From Acaryochloris marina S15 (lineage in GTDB: Bacteria > Cyanobacteriota > Cyanobacteriia > Thermosynechococcales > Thermosynechococcaceae), in assembly GCF_018336915.1 (NCBI RefSeq), contig NZ_CP064925.1, forward strand, positions 120,001 through 152,000: a DNA stretch of 32,000 nt, in the 5' to 3' direction. The notes under the pieces are model-generated. The model saw nothing but the letters and a program-made list of their open reading frames with translations, was not told where the DNA came from and made no database searches. How positions within the stretch are numbered: position 1 is the stretch's first letter; each line of letters starts with the position of its first letter. Of this stretch, positions 9,353 to 17,495 are shown piece after piece. Made by a program: the position numbers and the translations under genes.

Positions 9353-9650
9353 GAAAAAGCCTCCCTCGTATAATTCCTAGATGAAAAGCATTAGCAATAA
9401 AGCTAGGATTAAAATAATATCAAGGTCACACAGTTGCGTCCAATTTAATCTATGCCTATAAAACAAGAATCAGTATAAACACTGAAGCCTTTGTGAAGAC
9501 TGCATTCTGAGTTTAGCTGAAGGCAGATTTAGATGTTAGCTTCTAGTAAAACAGCAATTTCTTATTGATATAATATCTTATAAGCAGAATTTCAACGACT
9601 CTGTTCGATTTTGTTCTCCATGAGAACTTTTAAATTCTTTCATCCCATTA

Positions 9651-10145
9651 TCACCATATGACCGAAATCCCAGGATTACCTTGGGAATTATTCAGTTTCT
9701 TAAAGGATGCTTTCCAACTCAACTTGAATCGCTCCAATCCTTTTGGGCTGATATCGATCTCGCCATCTGTCAATATCAACTCACCGTTAGCAAAGGTAGA
9801 GCCTGCTGCACTGAGGATGCCAATGAACTCATCACGATCTGCAATAACAGGAACATATCGCCTTAAATTGCCATAAGAATAAATCTGAGAAATTTGATGC
9901 ATCATGCCAGGATAGTGATCAAATAACACTCGAATGTAGAGAGAGAGTAAGGGCATAGGATCATCGCTCTCAAAGATGGCATTGCAGATACAAGCAGACG
10001 TGGTCAACATCCAGGTGGCAATCTTTTTGGGATCGGCTTCCCGTTCTCGTGCCATCTCCAACAGAAGATCCATCATATTGTTCCTAAAGGGAACATTCAG
10101 ACGAGTTTCTAAGTTTTTCCAGACGGCTAAAGTATTAGGATCCAT
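9651..10145 (-). CDS. hypothetical protein, family X (164 aa)
   Basis: An intact ORF with paralogs at 1888..2358 and 1..192. Shared blocks are DLLLEMAR..DP.KI.TWM.TTS.CICNAIF and AAGSTFAN.EL. Confidence 0.65.
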   Translation of the reverse strand: MDPNTLAVWKNLETRLNVPFRNNMMDLLLEMAREREADPKKIATWMLTTSACICNAIFESDDPMPLLSLYIRVLFDHYPGMMHQISQIYSYGNLRRYVPVIADRDEFIGILSAAGSTFANGELILTDGEIDISPKGLERFKLSWKASFKKLNNSQGNPGISVIW

Positions 10146-10160
10146 TTTAGGTCGAGCTTT

Positions 10161-10295
10161 TCACTTGCTATATCCTTGGATACCCAAATTAGTGCAAAAA
10201 CCGTCTAGCGATTCAATCAATAAGGCAACCTGGACAGCAGTTCCTCCACAGTCCCCTGCATTGTTTTTTAACACCCACTGTTCAATGTGCGACAT
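10161..10295 (-). CDS. candidate 44-aa micro-ORF 15 nt upstream of the family X gene
   Basis: MSHIEQWVLKNNAGDCGGTAVQVALLIESLDGFCTNLGIQGYSK. Its C-terminal 29 codons are collinear with 208..321, with the same stop position and the same 15-nt spacing to the X start codon. Confidence 0.3.
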   Translation of the reverse strand: MSHIEQWVLKNNAGDCGGTAVQVALLIESLDGFCTNLGIQGYSK

Positions 10296-10344
10296 TGAAA
10301 GATATGAATCGAAACCCTGGCGTCATCAATACTGGTTAGGCAAC

Positions 10345-10971
10345 ATGAAAGATCCTCCTGAAATCAAAGCTCTCTTATTAGATGCGGACTGGGTCATTCA
10401 AAGCATTCCTCCAGACTGGTTATCATGTATCGAACGACTGATAGATCCAGATGCTGATAAACAATCTTTTCTCGTGGAAGTATTTGAGGCTGAAAGCCAA
10501 TGTATAACTGGTCAAGCTGACTTTGAGATAGAGCTTTCAAAAGTGCTAAACCATTGGGGGTCTAAGGTCCATGTCGATGATGCTGCGAGGATCTGGCACA
10601 AGATTCTTCCAGATCCCGATATTCTGAGATATGTCAGGCAGCTTCGATCTGCGGGAGAACTAGTATGCTTAGCGACGAACCAGCATCACTACCGATATCG
10701 ATTTATGACAAACGAACTCGGGTACGGGCAAATGTTTGACACCTTATTTGCTTCATGCGAGATGGGCATAGCCAAGCCGTCAGAATCCTACTTCATTCAG
10801 ATCTGTCAGCAGCTTGATTTGTCTGCCAGCAACCTATTATTCATTGACGATATTACTAGAAATGTAGAGAGTGCAAAGTCTTGTGGGTTGTTTGCAGAGC
10901 GCTTCCACCTTGTAGAAAATCGAGGTGCATTCGAGGAGATCTTGGCAAAGTATAATTTCAATGTTGAATAA
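10345..10971 (+). CDS. HAD-superfamily hydrolase (subfamily IA-like)
   Basis: Motif I LLLDADWV, motif II LATNQ, motif IV FIDDITRNVESAKSCG. The track ORF (from 9976) is mostly the antisense shadow of 9651..10145. The ATG at 10345 directly precedes motif I; an alternative ATG is at 10285. Confidence 0.8.
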   Translation: MKDPPEIKALLLDADWVIQSIPPDWLSCIERLIDPDADKQSFLVEVFEAESQCITGQADFEIELSKVLNHWGSKVHVDDAARIWHKILPDPDILRYVRQLRSAGELVCLATNQHHYRYRFMTNELGYGQMFDTLFASCEMGIAKPSESYFIQICQQLDLSASNLLFIDDITRNVESAKSCGLFAERFHLVENRGAFEEILAKYNFNVE

Positions 10972-11014
10972 TCAATCATTCTGTTAACTATCACGTAGCT
11001 AGCATCTGGGTCGG

Positions 11015-11230
11015 TTGCATTCTTGTCCTAGGTATTGCGGCTGCGATGGCCGAAGGCCGGTCGTAGACCATCGCAAGTTTGATACGAACAATACCGCCAC
11101 TCTTCACACTTCCCCCATCCGAATCACCGCCGGGGGAGCTGCGGGCCTTGTGAAGTGCCAGAGGCAAACTCCAGAGGAATCTAGGAGAATACCTATTGTT
11201 GGACCGAGAATTGTTGTTGTTAGGGATAAT
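11015..11230 (+). repeat. copy 1 of a ~200-bp diverged direct repeat (element R)
   Basis: Near-identical cores are shared with 14162..14342: ATCGCAAGTTTGATACGAACAATACC (from 11070) and CTGCGGGCCTTGTGAAGTGCCAGAGGCAAAC (from 11139). Copy 1 has an extra GC-rich hairpin insert at 11033-11069. Confidence 0.7.
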
Positions 11231-11269
11231 TATCTTGGAATAGCTCCTTTTTCGGTTTAGGTAGCACTT

Positions 11270-12595
11270 TTAAGATTGCTTCTCATTCCAGGTAACAAAG
11301 CAATCTCGTCCTTGATCTTTGGCTTGGTATAGTGCTTTATCAGAATCTTTAATCAGCATTTGAGGGGAGTTGTTTGCATTGGGAATCATGCTTGCAATTC
11401 CCATGCTAAGAGTAATGTGTGCTTTAGCTATAGAGGTGCTGTGGGGGATCTGAAGTTGGTGGATAGTGTTTCTAATGGAAGTGGCTACTTGGGTAGCCTC
11501 AACACTATTTACGTTGGGTAACATGATTACAAATTCCTCCCCACCATAGCGAGCTGCTATCTCTCCAGAACGCCTGACGCTGCCTTGTAAAACTTGGGCC
11601 ACATGGCGCAAGCATTCATCTCCAACCTGATGACCGTAAGTATCGTTGTAGTTTTTGAAACAATCAACATCACAAAGAATGAGTGATAAGGGGTGTTGTT
11701 GGCGTTTAGCTCTCTGCCACTCTTGCGCTAAGCATTGATCAAACTGGCGTCGGTTGATCAACTGGGTTAAGCCATCAATAGTGGCTAAGCGTTTGAGGTC
11801 AGCAGTTCTTTCTCTAACCTTCTGTTCTAACTCTTGCGTTGTATTGCGAAATCGTCCAATGACTAAAACTAACCCTGAAATAGTTAGGCAACAGATAGTC
11901 GTTAGTACGATATAAATTGCCTTTAACCCATCTTGGGCAATCAGCATATTTTGCTCGAGAGGCTGAGTAATTTCTACAATCCCCCTCACCTGTCCGACTT
12001 TCCAGTCTTTTTTAGGGCTGTTAGCTAATGTGTTGTGACAGGCTACACAGCTTGCCTCCATTACAACAGCCTCGGTGTAACGAAAGGAGAGATGATTCCC
12101 CGTTTTCTCTTTGCGATAGAAGGATGCTGTTGGATGCTTTGTCAGGTATGCAAGGGCGGCACGTTCAAATTGATCTTTAGGTCCACCCGTAGTTTGCCGA
12201 TTGGGGAATGGAAAATCGCTATAGATTCGGAATAACAAGCCTTTGGATGGATCACTCAGATGATCTCCTATCTCGATTGTGTAAGTGACCGGATTAGGAA
12301 TACCGCCACTGATGGCATGATATTCAGGCGTGACGGTCACACCGCTGATTGACTTTACCCGATCGACAACATTATTGCTATAGAGTTGTCTAGCCTTGTT
12401 TAGAGTTTTAATAACTACACTTGAATAGTGTACGGCTTGGGAATCCACCAAATTTATAGAGAGGTAGTATGTTCCAAGCAACGCTATACTTAGCCCCAGA
12501 CAAAACAAGGTAACAAGGATAATAATCACATGTCGATAGAGTAGCTGATATAGCCATTTAAGAAATTTTGATGCTTCCGATTGCAACAGTTTCAT
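11270..12595 (-). CDS. diguanylate cyclase with a periplasmic heme-c (Tll0287/DUF3365-like) sensor domain
   Basis: An N-terminal TM helix, an extracytoplasmic domain with the CVACH heme-c motif, a second TM helix, then a GGDEF domain (RYGGEEFVIML). I see no RxxD I-site 5 residues upstream of GGEEF. Confidence 0.9.
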   Translation of the reverse strand: MKLLQSEASKFLKWLYQLLYRHVIIILVTLFCLGLSIALLGTYYLSINLVDSQAVHYSSVVIKTLNKARQLYSNNVVDRVKSISGVTVTPEYHAISGGIPNPVTYTIEIGDHLSDPSKGLLFRIYSDFPFPNRQTTGGPKDQFERAALAYLTKHPTASFYRKEKTGNHLSFRYTEAVVMEASCVACHNTLANSPKKDWKVGQVRGIVEITQPLEQNMLIAQDGLKAIYIVLTTICCLTISGLVLVIGRFRNTTQELEQKVRERTADLKRLATIDGLTQLINRRQFDQCLAQEWQRAKRQQHPLSLILCDVDCFKNYNDTYGHQVGDECLRHVAQVLQGSVRRSGEIAARYGGEEFVIMLPNVNSVEATQVATSIRNTIHQLQIPHSTSIAKAHITLSMGIASMIPNANNSPQMLIKDSDKALYQAKDQGRDCFVTWNEKQS

Positions 12596-12772
12596 AAAAT
12601 AACTACAACTAGATTTGTGCCATCTTATGATTTTTCCCGCAAAGAATATCTAAAGAAACACTTTGTCAGCATTAAATAGTTGTATCTAGAAATAATCAAA
12701 AAATGCTTCTATAAATTCGTTTAGTGAACTAAATTCTATAAGCCTCATGCTTTGTGATGCAATGATTTAGAA

Positions 12773-12817
12773 AGGATATAAAGGGAGCGACTAAACTAGT
12801 CGCTCCCTTTATATCCT
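12773..12817 (-). terminator. 21-bp perfect inverted repeat (terminator or protein site)
   Basis: AGGATATAAAGGGAGCGACTA-aac-TAGTCGCTCCCTTTATATCCT, located 80 nt downstream of the 12898 stop. Confidence 0.5.
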
Positions 12818-12897
12818 GAGATTGATATCTAGGCATGAATCCAATGGGAGATATGTCTGTTAATTCTGTAGTTTTTCAATCAACTCTCTTTCTCTAC

Positions 12898-13320
12898 TTA
12901 GTCTGGCTGACTTAGAGCTTTCAGTTGTGTATCTAGACTTGCTAAATAGCTATTATCATTGAGGGTATCCGCAGACAAACGGTTGGTTTGAACAGCAGCT
13001 TGGGCAACTTCTGTAGCAGAGATGTGCCCGCTTCGATAATCTTGAATCAGTTGACTAGCTGAAGGTACTCCTTCATTGGTAAACCAGCCTTGGTAAGCCA
13101 TGTACGCCAAGTTGAAGGGAGAAAGCTGGCGAGCGACTTTGGGTTGGGAAGCCATAGCGACTTTGACCAGTTTACTTGCACCATAAGGGCCTTGAGTAAT
13201 GATTTGGCGTTGTGTCGGAGCTGCGATCACAGCGGTGGAACTGAAGCCGATAGCTAGTGCCGCGAACCCGGTGAGTTTTTGGGCAAAGGCTTTGGCGCGT
13301 TTCATTAGATTGTTCTCCAT
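12898..13320 (-). CDS. secreted hypothetical protein
   Basis: Signal-peptide-like N-terminus (MKRAKAFAQKLTGFAALAIGFSSTAVIAAP) and a plausible RBS (AGGGG). Confidence 0.6.
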   Translation of the reverse strand: MENNLMKRAKAFAQKLTGFAALAIGFSSTAVIAAPTQRQIITQGPYGASKLVKVAMASQPKVARQLSPFNLAYMAYQGWFTNEGVPSASQLIQDYRSGHISATEVAQAAVQTNRLSADTLNDNSYLASLDTQLKALSQPD

Positions 13321-13624
13321 CTCAATACCCCTAAGCTACAGGGTATGCCTGAGAAACTAATGATGCTTATCTGTGTCAATCACAGAACCTTGCTGAGATA
13401 TTCCGCAGAGTTCTCTGAGAAAGCTGAGAAAAATGTCATTGATAGTGATTCTGAGCTGGAATTTCTACTCATGAGGTTACTAGTGCAAGCTCTCTCCCTG
13501 GGATCGCTCCTAGAACTGTCTGAGTGTCCTGGTCTTGGTGGATGGGGGTGCTTTCTCAAGACTGGTCTACATCCAGTTGTCTGCTAATAATAGTCATCAC
13601 GATCCTGCTACAATCCCTAGCATC

Positions 13625-14017
13625 TCACGTCTGCAACTGCGCTAAGAATGCTTTGTCATCCCAGTAGGCACAAACCTTTTGGATTTTGCCAGATTCACTA
13701 ACTTCAAAAATGCTGATTCCCTCTGCACTGGCTTCTTTATGACTTTTGTTAGTAGCCTGCAAGCTCCATTTCACAGCGGCTTCATTCCCCACAATGAAAA
13801 CTGATTCTGGCTTGACGACTAGAGACTCATTCTTTTTCTGGAGTATGTCAAAGAATGGTTTTGAGTCAGTTTGAGGATTGCTAGGCGGATTACCGACCGG
13901 ATCATAGACTTGGGCATCAGGGGTAAATAGTTCAGACCATTGGGCTGCATTCATGGCTGAGAATGCTGAGAAGTAAGCATTAATAATGTGATTAATCGTA
14001 GAGGGAGGTATGGGCAT
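13625..14017 (-). CDS. SnoaL/NTF2-like fold protein
   Basis: MPIPPSTINHIINAYFSAFSAMNAAQWSELFTPDAQVYDPVG...AVKWSLQAT...ISIFEVSESGKIQKVCAYWD is the typical SnoaL-like pattern. The ATG at 14017 is chosen; the track extension to 14278 crosses element R. Confidence 0.65.
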   Translation of the reverse strand: MPIPPSTINHIINAYFSAFSAMNAAQWSELFTPDAQVYDPVGNPPSNPQTDSKPFFDILQKKNESLVVKPESVFIVGNEAAVKWSLQATNKSHKEASAEGISIFEVSESGKIQKVCAYWDDKAFLAQLQT

Positions 14018-14161
14018 AATCTGCAAACTTACAGTAGATGAGCACAAGACGGTTAACTGTTTGAGATATGTTCTGTTTGTTGCCTTGTAATCTTTAGAGC
14101 AACCTTCAAGCAGTTGATTGGTCTGTCGTTCGCAGTATATCAGTACAAAAAGCTGTCGATA

Positions 14162-14342
14162 TTGCACCTTTCCTAAGACCAAACTGAGATCGCAAGTTTG
14201 ATACGAACAATACCCCTCACACCACCCGAATCTCCACCGAGGGATCTGCGGGCCTGGTGAAGTGCCAGAGGCAAACACTAGAGGCTCCTAAGAGGATGCC
14301 GAGGATTGGGCTGGGGTGGTTGCGGTTGTTTGGGGGTATGAG
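14162..14342 (+). repeat. copy 2 of element R
   Basis: Same orientation as copy 1. The cores start at 14189 and 14246. A 12-nt net deletion lies between the cores, and the GC-rich hairpin insert of copy 1 is absent. Confidence 0.7.
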
Positions 14343-14393
14343 AACGGACTTACGAGCTTATCTGTATCGACTATGGGCTTAGTCTTAACTGGC

Positions 14394-14678
14394 TCATGAC
14401 ACCTCTTCATAACCAGTCACCACAATATCAGTCTTAGCCCAACGAAAAACCAATGTTCCGTTCATGGCTTTGACTATGCATTCAATGGTTTTATGGCTTG
14501 ATTTATCAGGATCTTCGAGAGCCCTTTCCAGTGTTGATATAAGTGTTCTGGGGTTAGGGAAACTCTCGTTGTAAAGCTCCTCTCTAACCCTGGCAACTTC
14601 TTGAGCTAGGCGATAACTTGACCAACCTAGTTCCTGCAATCGGCTAGTTAGTATCTCTGGACGCATTGTAAATGTCAC
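14394..14678 (-). CDS. small HTH-like regulator (putative)
   Basis: GTG start with GGAGGT 9 nt upstream. SRLQELGWSSYRLAQEVARV resembles a Cro/CI-type helix-turn-helix. It is divergent from the P1 promoter region. Confidence 0.5.
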   Translation of the reverse strand: MTFTMRPEILTSRLQELGWSSYRLAQEVARVREELYNESFPNPRTLISTLERALEDPDKSSHKTIECIVKAMNGTLVFRWAKTDIVVTGYEEVS

Positions 14679-14783
14679 TGCTTATCACCTCCATTGTGCC
14701 TTTTCCTAGAACTATTGGATTTTTTATAAGTATATAAGGGAGTTCAGGTAATCTCAAAAGAAACATTAAGTTACTTTATAAGG

Positions 14784-14812
14784 GTTGTAAAAGTAACTTT
14801 ATACAGTTACTA
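14784..14812 (+). promoter_or_regulatory. putative sigma-70 promoter P1 (TTGTAA-17-TACTAT) within an operator-like inverted repeat
   Basis: AAGGGTTGTA, a 17-nt spacer and TAYTAT are shared with P2. The inverted repeat AAGTTACTTT/AAAGTAACTT flanks the -35 element. Confidence 0.4.
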
Positions 14813-14993
14813 TATTAACAGATAGAAAAGGCAAGCGCCCAACGGAAGGCTTCCCCACAACCAAATAAGTGAGTTCTACGAAGTGCTAGGTTACCCTGCT
14901 GAATACCGCAGTCACGAAACCGAGGTAACGCTGGATCAAGGTCTGAATGCCCTCGGTGGATAAATTAAAAGTTCAAAAACTAGTCCAAAGACA

Positions 14994-15041
14994 AAGCGGA
15001 AGAGATTCGATTGACACCCGTTCCTCTTCCGCTGGCTTTTA
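14994..15041 (+). promoter_or_regulatory. leader stem-loop / attenuator-like hairpin before the DUF932 gene
   Basis: 10-bp stem AGCGGAAGAG/CTCTTCCGCT with a 20-nt loop, followed by GGCTTTTA. It ends 6-21 nt before the candidate start codons. Confidence 0.45.
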
Positions 15042-15061
15042 CACCTATGGAGATTTTAACC

Positions 15062-16117
15062 ATGAAACAAGGACTTACGCTCGTTGAAATGGCCCAAGCT
15101 GTTCAAGACCAGGCTGAGGCCAAGCGTGATTTTGTTGCTGATACACGCACTCTTGAGATGAACCCTGATGGTTCAATCACAGTTGAGTCAGAAGAAGTCG
15201 AGGAAACTTTCACCACTACTGAACACACCCACGGCCAGATTTCCCAACGCCTCAGCATTCCCCTCAAATACTATCGCCGTATGCAATCTACAGCCCCCCA
15301 ACTTCTAGCTGAGAACGTCAATCATTGGTTCAACACTAACCATGAGCGGCGCATGATTCGCACCCTTGACGGTTCTGCTCGTGCTTTCCTCTCAGACCGC
15401 TATCGCAGAGTGGACAACTTTGAGATTGCTGAAACGGTCTTGCCCGTCCTGAATGAGTTTGGTGACGGCTTGAAAATCGTTAGCGTTGGCCTGACTGACT
15501 CAAGACTGTATATCAAGGCAATCAATGAAAGAGTTCAGCTTGACGTGAAAAAAGGTGACGCTGTTCAAGCTGGGGTGGTCATCAGTAATTCTGAGATTGG
15601 TCTTGGCTCGATACGGGTTGAACCCCTTGTATTTCGGTTAATTTGCCTCAACGGCATGATTTCTCAAGACCACAGCTTTAAGAAATATCATGTGGGTCGC
15701 CAAGTCGGTGAAAGTGATGCCGCGATGGAACTATTCAGCGATGAGACGATGCAAGCAGATGACAGAGCGCTATTGCTCAAAATCCGTGACATGGTGCGAG
15801 GGGCTGCTGATGTTGCCAAGTTCACCCAGATAGTTGATCGGATGCGCGATGCCACAGAACGCAAGATCGAGGGTAACCCGGTCACTGCTGTGGAGGTATT
15901 GGGCGATAAGCTCAACGTCAATCAGGAAGAGAAGTCAGGCATACTAACCCACCTGATCCAGGGTGGCGATTTGACCGCTTACGGAATGATGAACGCTGTC
16001 ACCCGGACTTCCCAAGATGTTGAGAGCTACGACCGGGCAACGGAGCTAGAGACGATGGGTTCTCAGGTTCTGAGCCTACCTCAAGCTACCTGGCGAGAGA
16101 TTGCGGTAGCCCGATAG
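15062..16117 (+). CDS. DUF932-family phage/plasmid-associated protein
   Basis: HTHGQISQRLSIPLKYYRRM...RMIRTLDGSARAFLSDRYRRVDNFEIAETVLPVL... fits the DUF932 pattern. GGAG lies 9 nt before the ATG at 15062; an alternative ATG is at 15047. Confidence 0.8.
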   Translation: MKQGLTLVEMAQAVQDQAEAKRDFVADTRTLEMNPDGSITVESEEVEETFTTTEHTHGQISQRLSIPLKYYRRMQSTAPQLLAENVNHWFNTNHERRMIRTLDGSARAFLSDRYRRVDNFEIAETVLPVLNEFGDGLKIVSVGLTDSRLYIKAINERVQLDVKKGDAVQAGVVISNSEIGLGSIRVEPLVFRLICLNGMISQDHSFKKYHVGRQVGESDAAMELFSDETMQADDRALLLKIRDMVRGAADVAKFTQIVDRMRDATERKIEGNPVTAVEVLGDKLNVNQEEKSGILTHLIQGGDLTAYGMMNAVTRTSQDVESYDRATELETMGSQVLSLPQATWREIAVAR

Positions 16118-16165
16118 TCCATATCTTTCAGCCCTGGTTATTTGCTGGGGCTGAGGAGAGATTGG

Positions 16166-16378
16166 CTATACTTCAGGCTTAATTCTCACGAGCAACTCTG
16201 TAATCCCGCAGTTAAGAGCGTCACAGATTTTTTCAAGAGTATCGAACTGAATACCCTTAGCTTTTCCCTGCTCAATTTTTTGAATATTTTGAGGAGACAT
16301 GCCAGTTGCTCTTGCTAGCTGGTTTTGGGAAAACCCTCTATTCTCTCTGACTTCTTTCAGTTTAAAAATCACAGCCAT
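16166..16378 (-). CDS. XRE/Cro-C1-type HTH transcriptional regulator
   Basis: LKEVRENRGFSQNQLARATGMSPQNIQKIEQGKAKGIQFDTLEKICDALNCGITELL. Confidence 0.9.
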   Translation of the reverse strand: MAVIFKLKEVRENRGFSQNQLARATGMSPQNIQKIEQGKAKGIQFDTLEKICDALNCGITELLVRIKPEV

Positions 16379-16489
16379 TACCAAAAACTACTACTAGTAG
16401 TAACACAACAGATAGAAGTACAGCGAAGAGTGATAAGCCGTACTGATCGATTCTCCCCTGAATATTACTAATAGTCATACAACAAAGGG

Positions 16490-16518
16490 TTGTATAATAC
16501 TGTTAATAGTATTATTAT
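16490..16518 (+). promoter_or_regulatory. putative sigma-70 promoter P2 (TTGTAT-17-TATTAT), homologous to P1
   Basis: Shares AAGGGTTGTA and the spacing with P1. The palindrome ACTACTAGTAGT lies upstream. An alternative reading uses TATAAT at 16493-16498 as the -10. Confidence 0.4.
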
Positions 16519-16670
16519 AAGTAGTATACAAGGAAAGGAAAGCGCCCAACGAAAGGCTTCCACCGAAATAGTCCAGAGACATGATCTTCTAGGCAGAGCA
16601 CAAGGTCTTCCAGACTGGGTAAAGAAGCTAGAAGAAGCAATCAAAGGATAGATACAAAATTTTTATTAAA

Positions 16671-16708
16671 AGAGCCGCTGACTTTCTAGCAGGAGACCCA
16701 GCGGCTCT
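16671..16708 (+). promoter_or_regulatory. leader stem-loop before the orf88/DUF3768 operon
   Basis: 10-bp stem AGAGCCGCTG/CAGCGGCTCT with an 18-nt loop, 30 nt before the ATG at 16738. Its position and geometry match the P1 leader hairpin but the sequence differs. Confidence 0.4.
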
Positions 16709-16737
16709 CCATGTAAACCCTCTACGAGGTTCACGAC

Positions 16738-17004
16738 ATGACTGTAGCACTTCTGACCCCAGAGCAACGATATGCTGCTCTCTATCCATCAACGGTTAAA
16801 TTCGATATCACCATTGACTTCTACCCTGGTGTGGAAGAAGACGGTGAAGAACTTGACCTAAGCATTGAGCTTCCCAGTCAGGCTCATGTGACCAGTCGCC
16901 AACAATGCGAACGCTGGGTAGTAGAAAACTATCCTTCAGGGCGGCTGATCAGTGTCCAGCCTATATTTACGACTCAGCAGTTACTCGCTGAAGACGAATT
17001 CTAA
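16738..17004 (+). CDS. hypothetical acidic protein (88 aa)
   Basis: An ORF with GAGG 9 nt upstream; first gene after leader 2. Confidence 0.5.
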   Translation: MTVALLTPEQRYAALYPSTVKFDITIDFYPGVEEDGEELDLSIELPSQAHVTSRQQCERWVVENYPSGRLISVQPIFTTQQLLAEDEF

Positions 17005-17065
17005 CCCATCCATCTGGGGCACCTCTGCCCCTTCGACCGTTTCAGGAATTTCAGAGGACAATCTT

Positions 17066-17410
17066 ATGACCACTACAGAAGTAACCCAAGCCCCCACCAT
17101 TGCCCAGCTCAATGACCGCTTTCGTCAAGGTGACCATACCCTAGGCCAGGTCTACACCACTCAGCTTGTTAAAGGTCTTTCGTCAGAAGCTCAGCAAGAA
17201 CTCTTTCGACTGGTCCGTGTGTTCGATGATTTCACGGAAGATAATGACCCGTGGCAAGAACACGATTACGGGCGGATCGAGTTCCAGGGTGAGCAATATC
17301 TCTGGAAAATTGATTATTACGACAAAAGCTTAGAATACGGCTCGGATGCCCCTGGTAATCCAAAGGTTACCACCAGGGTTCTGACTCTGATGCACTCCAG
17401 CGAGTACTAG
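17066..17410 (+). CDS. DUF3768-like protein
   Basis: IAQLNDRFRQ...FDDFTEDNDPWQEHDYGRIEFQGEQYLWKIDYYDKSLEYGSDAPGNPKVTTRVLTLMHSSEY fits the DUF3768 pattern. The ATG at 17066 is preceded by AGAGGA. Confidence 0.7.
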   Translation: MTTTEVTQAPTIAQLNDRFRQGDHTLGQVYTTQLVKGLSSEAQQELFRLVRVFDDFTEDNDPWQEHDYGRIEFQGEQYLWKIDYYDKSLEYGSDAPGNPKVTTRVLTLMHSSEY

Positions 17411-17495
17411 TATCCCGTCCCTTCTGCGCCCTGGCTCTTGGCTGGGGTGCCCTTCTTCTCTGATTGATACAATGATATTAACGAAGGAAAACGAT

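Noticed and set aside
9976-10344. The 5' two-thirds of the 331-aa plus-strand track ORF.
   Set aside because: It is the antisense shadow of the family X gene (9651..10145) and the micro-ORF region. HAD motif I begins right after the ATG at 10345, so only 10345..10971 is called.
11015-11130. Resemblance of element R copy 1 to a ykkC/guanidine-type riboswitch (CCTAGG..GGTCGTAGA..ACG..CCGGGGGAG).
   Set aside because: The spacing between conserved blocks is wrong, copy 2 lacks the 5' blocks, and there is no consistent downstream gene.
13345-13587. An 80-aa plus-strand ORF in the intergenic region between the secreted-protein gene and the SnoaL gene.
   Set aside because: It has no RBS or motif, and it occupies the promoter region of the minus-strand gene.
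14018-14278. The N-terminal extension of the 217-aa minus-strand ORF.
   Set aside because: The extension is Cys/Trp-rich, crosses element R, and is closed by a stop in the other repeat copy. The SnoaL-like domain starts at MPIPPST (ATG at 14017).
14825-14962. Open frames within the two leaders (14825-14962 and about 16520-16650) that end at similar GG-TAA / KG-TAG positions.
   Set aside because: Neither has an ATG, GTG or TTG with an RBS at a sensible position. The shared 5' box falls in different frames in the two leaders. They are treated as non-coding leaders.
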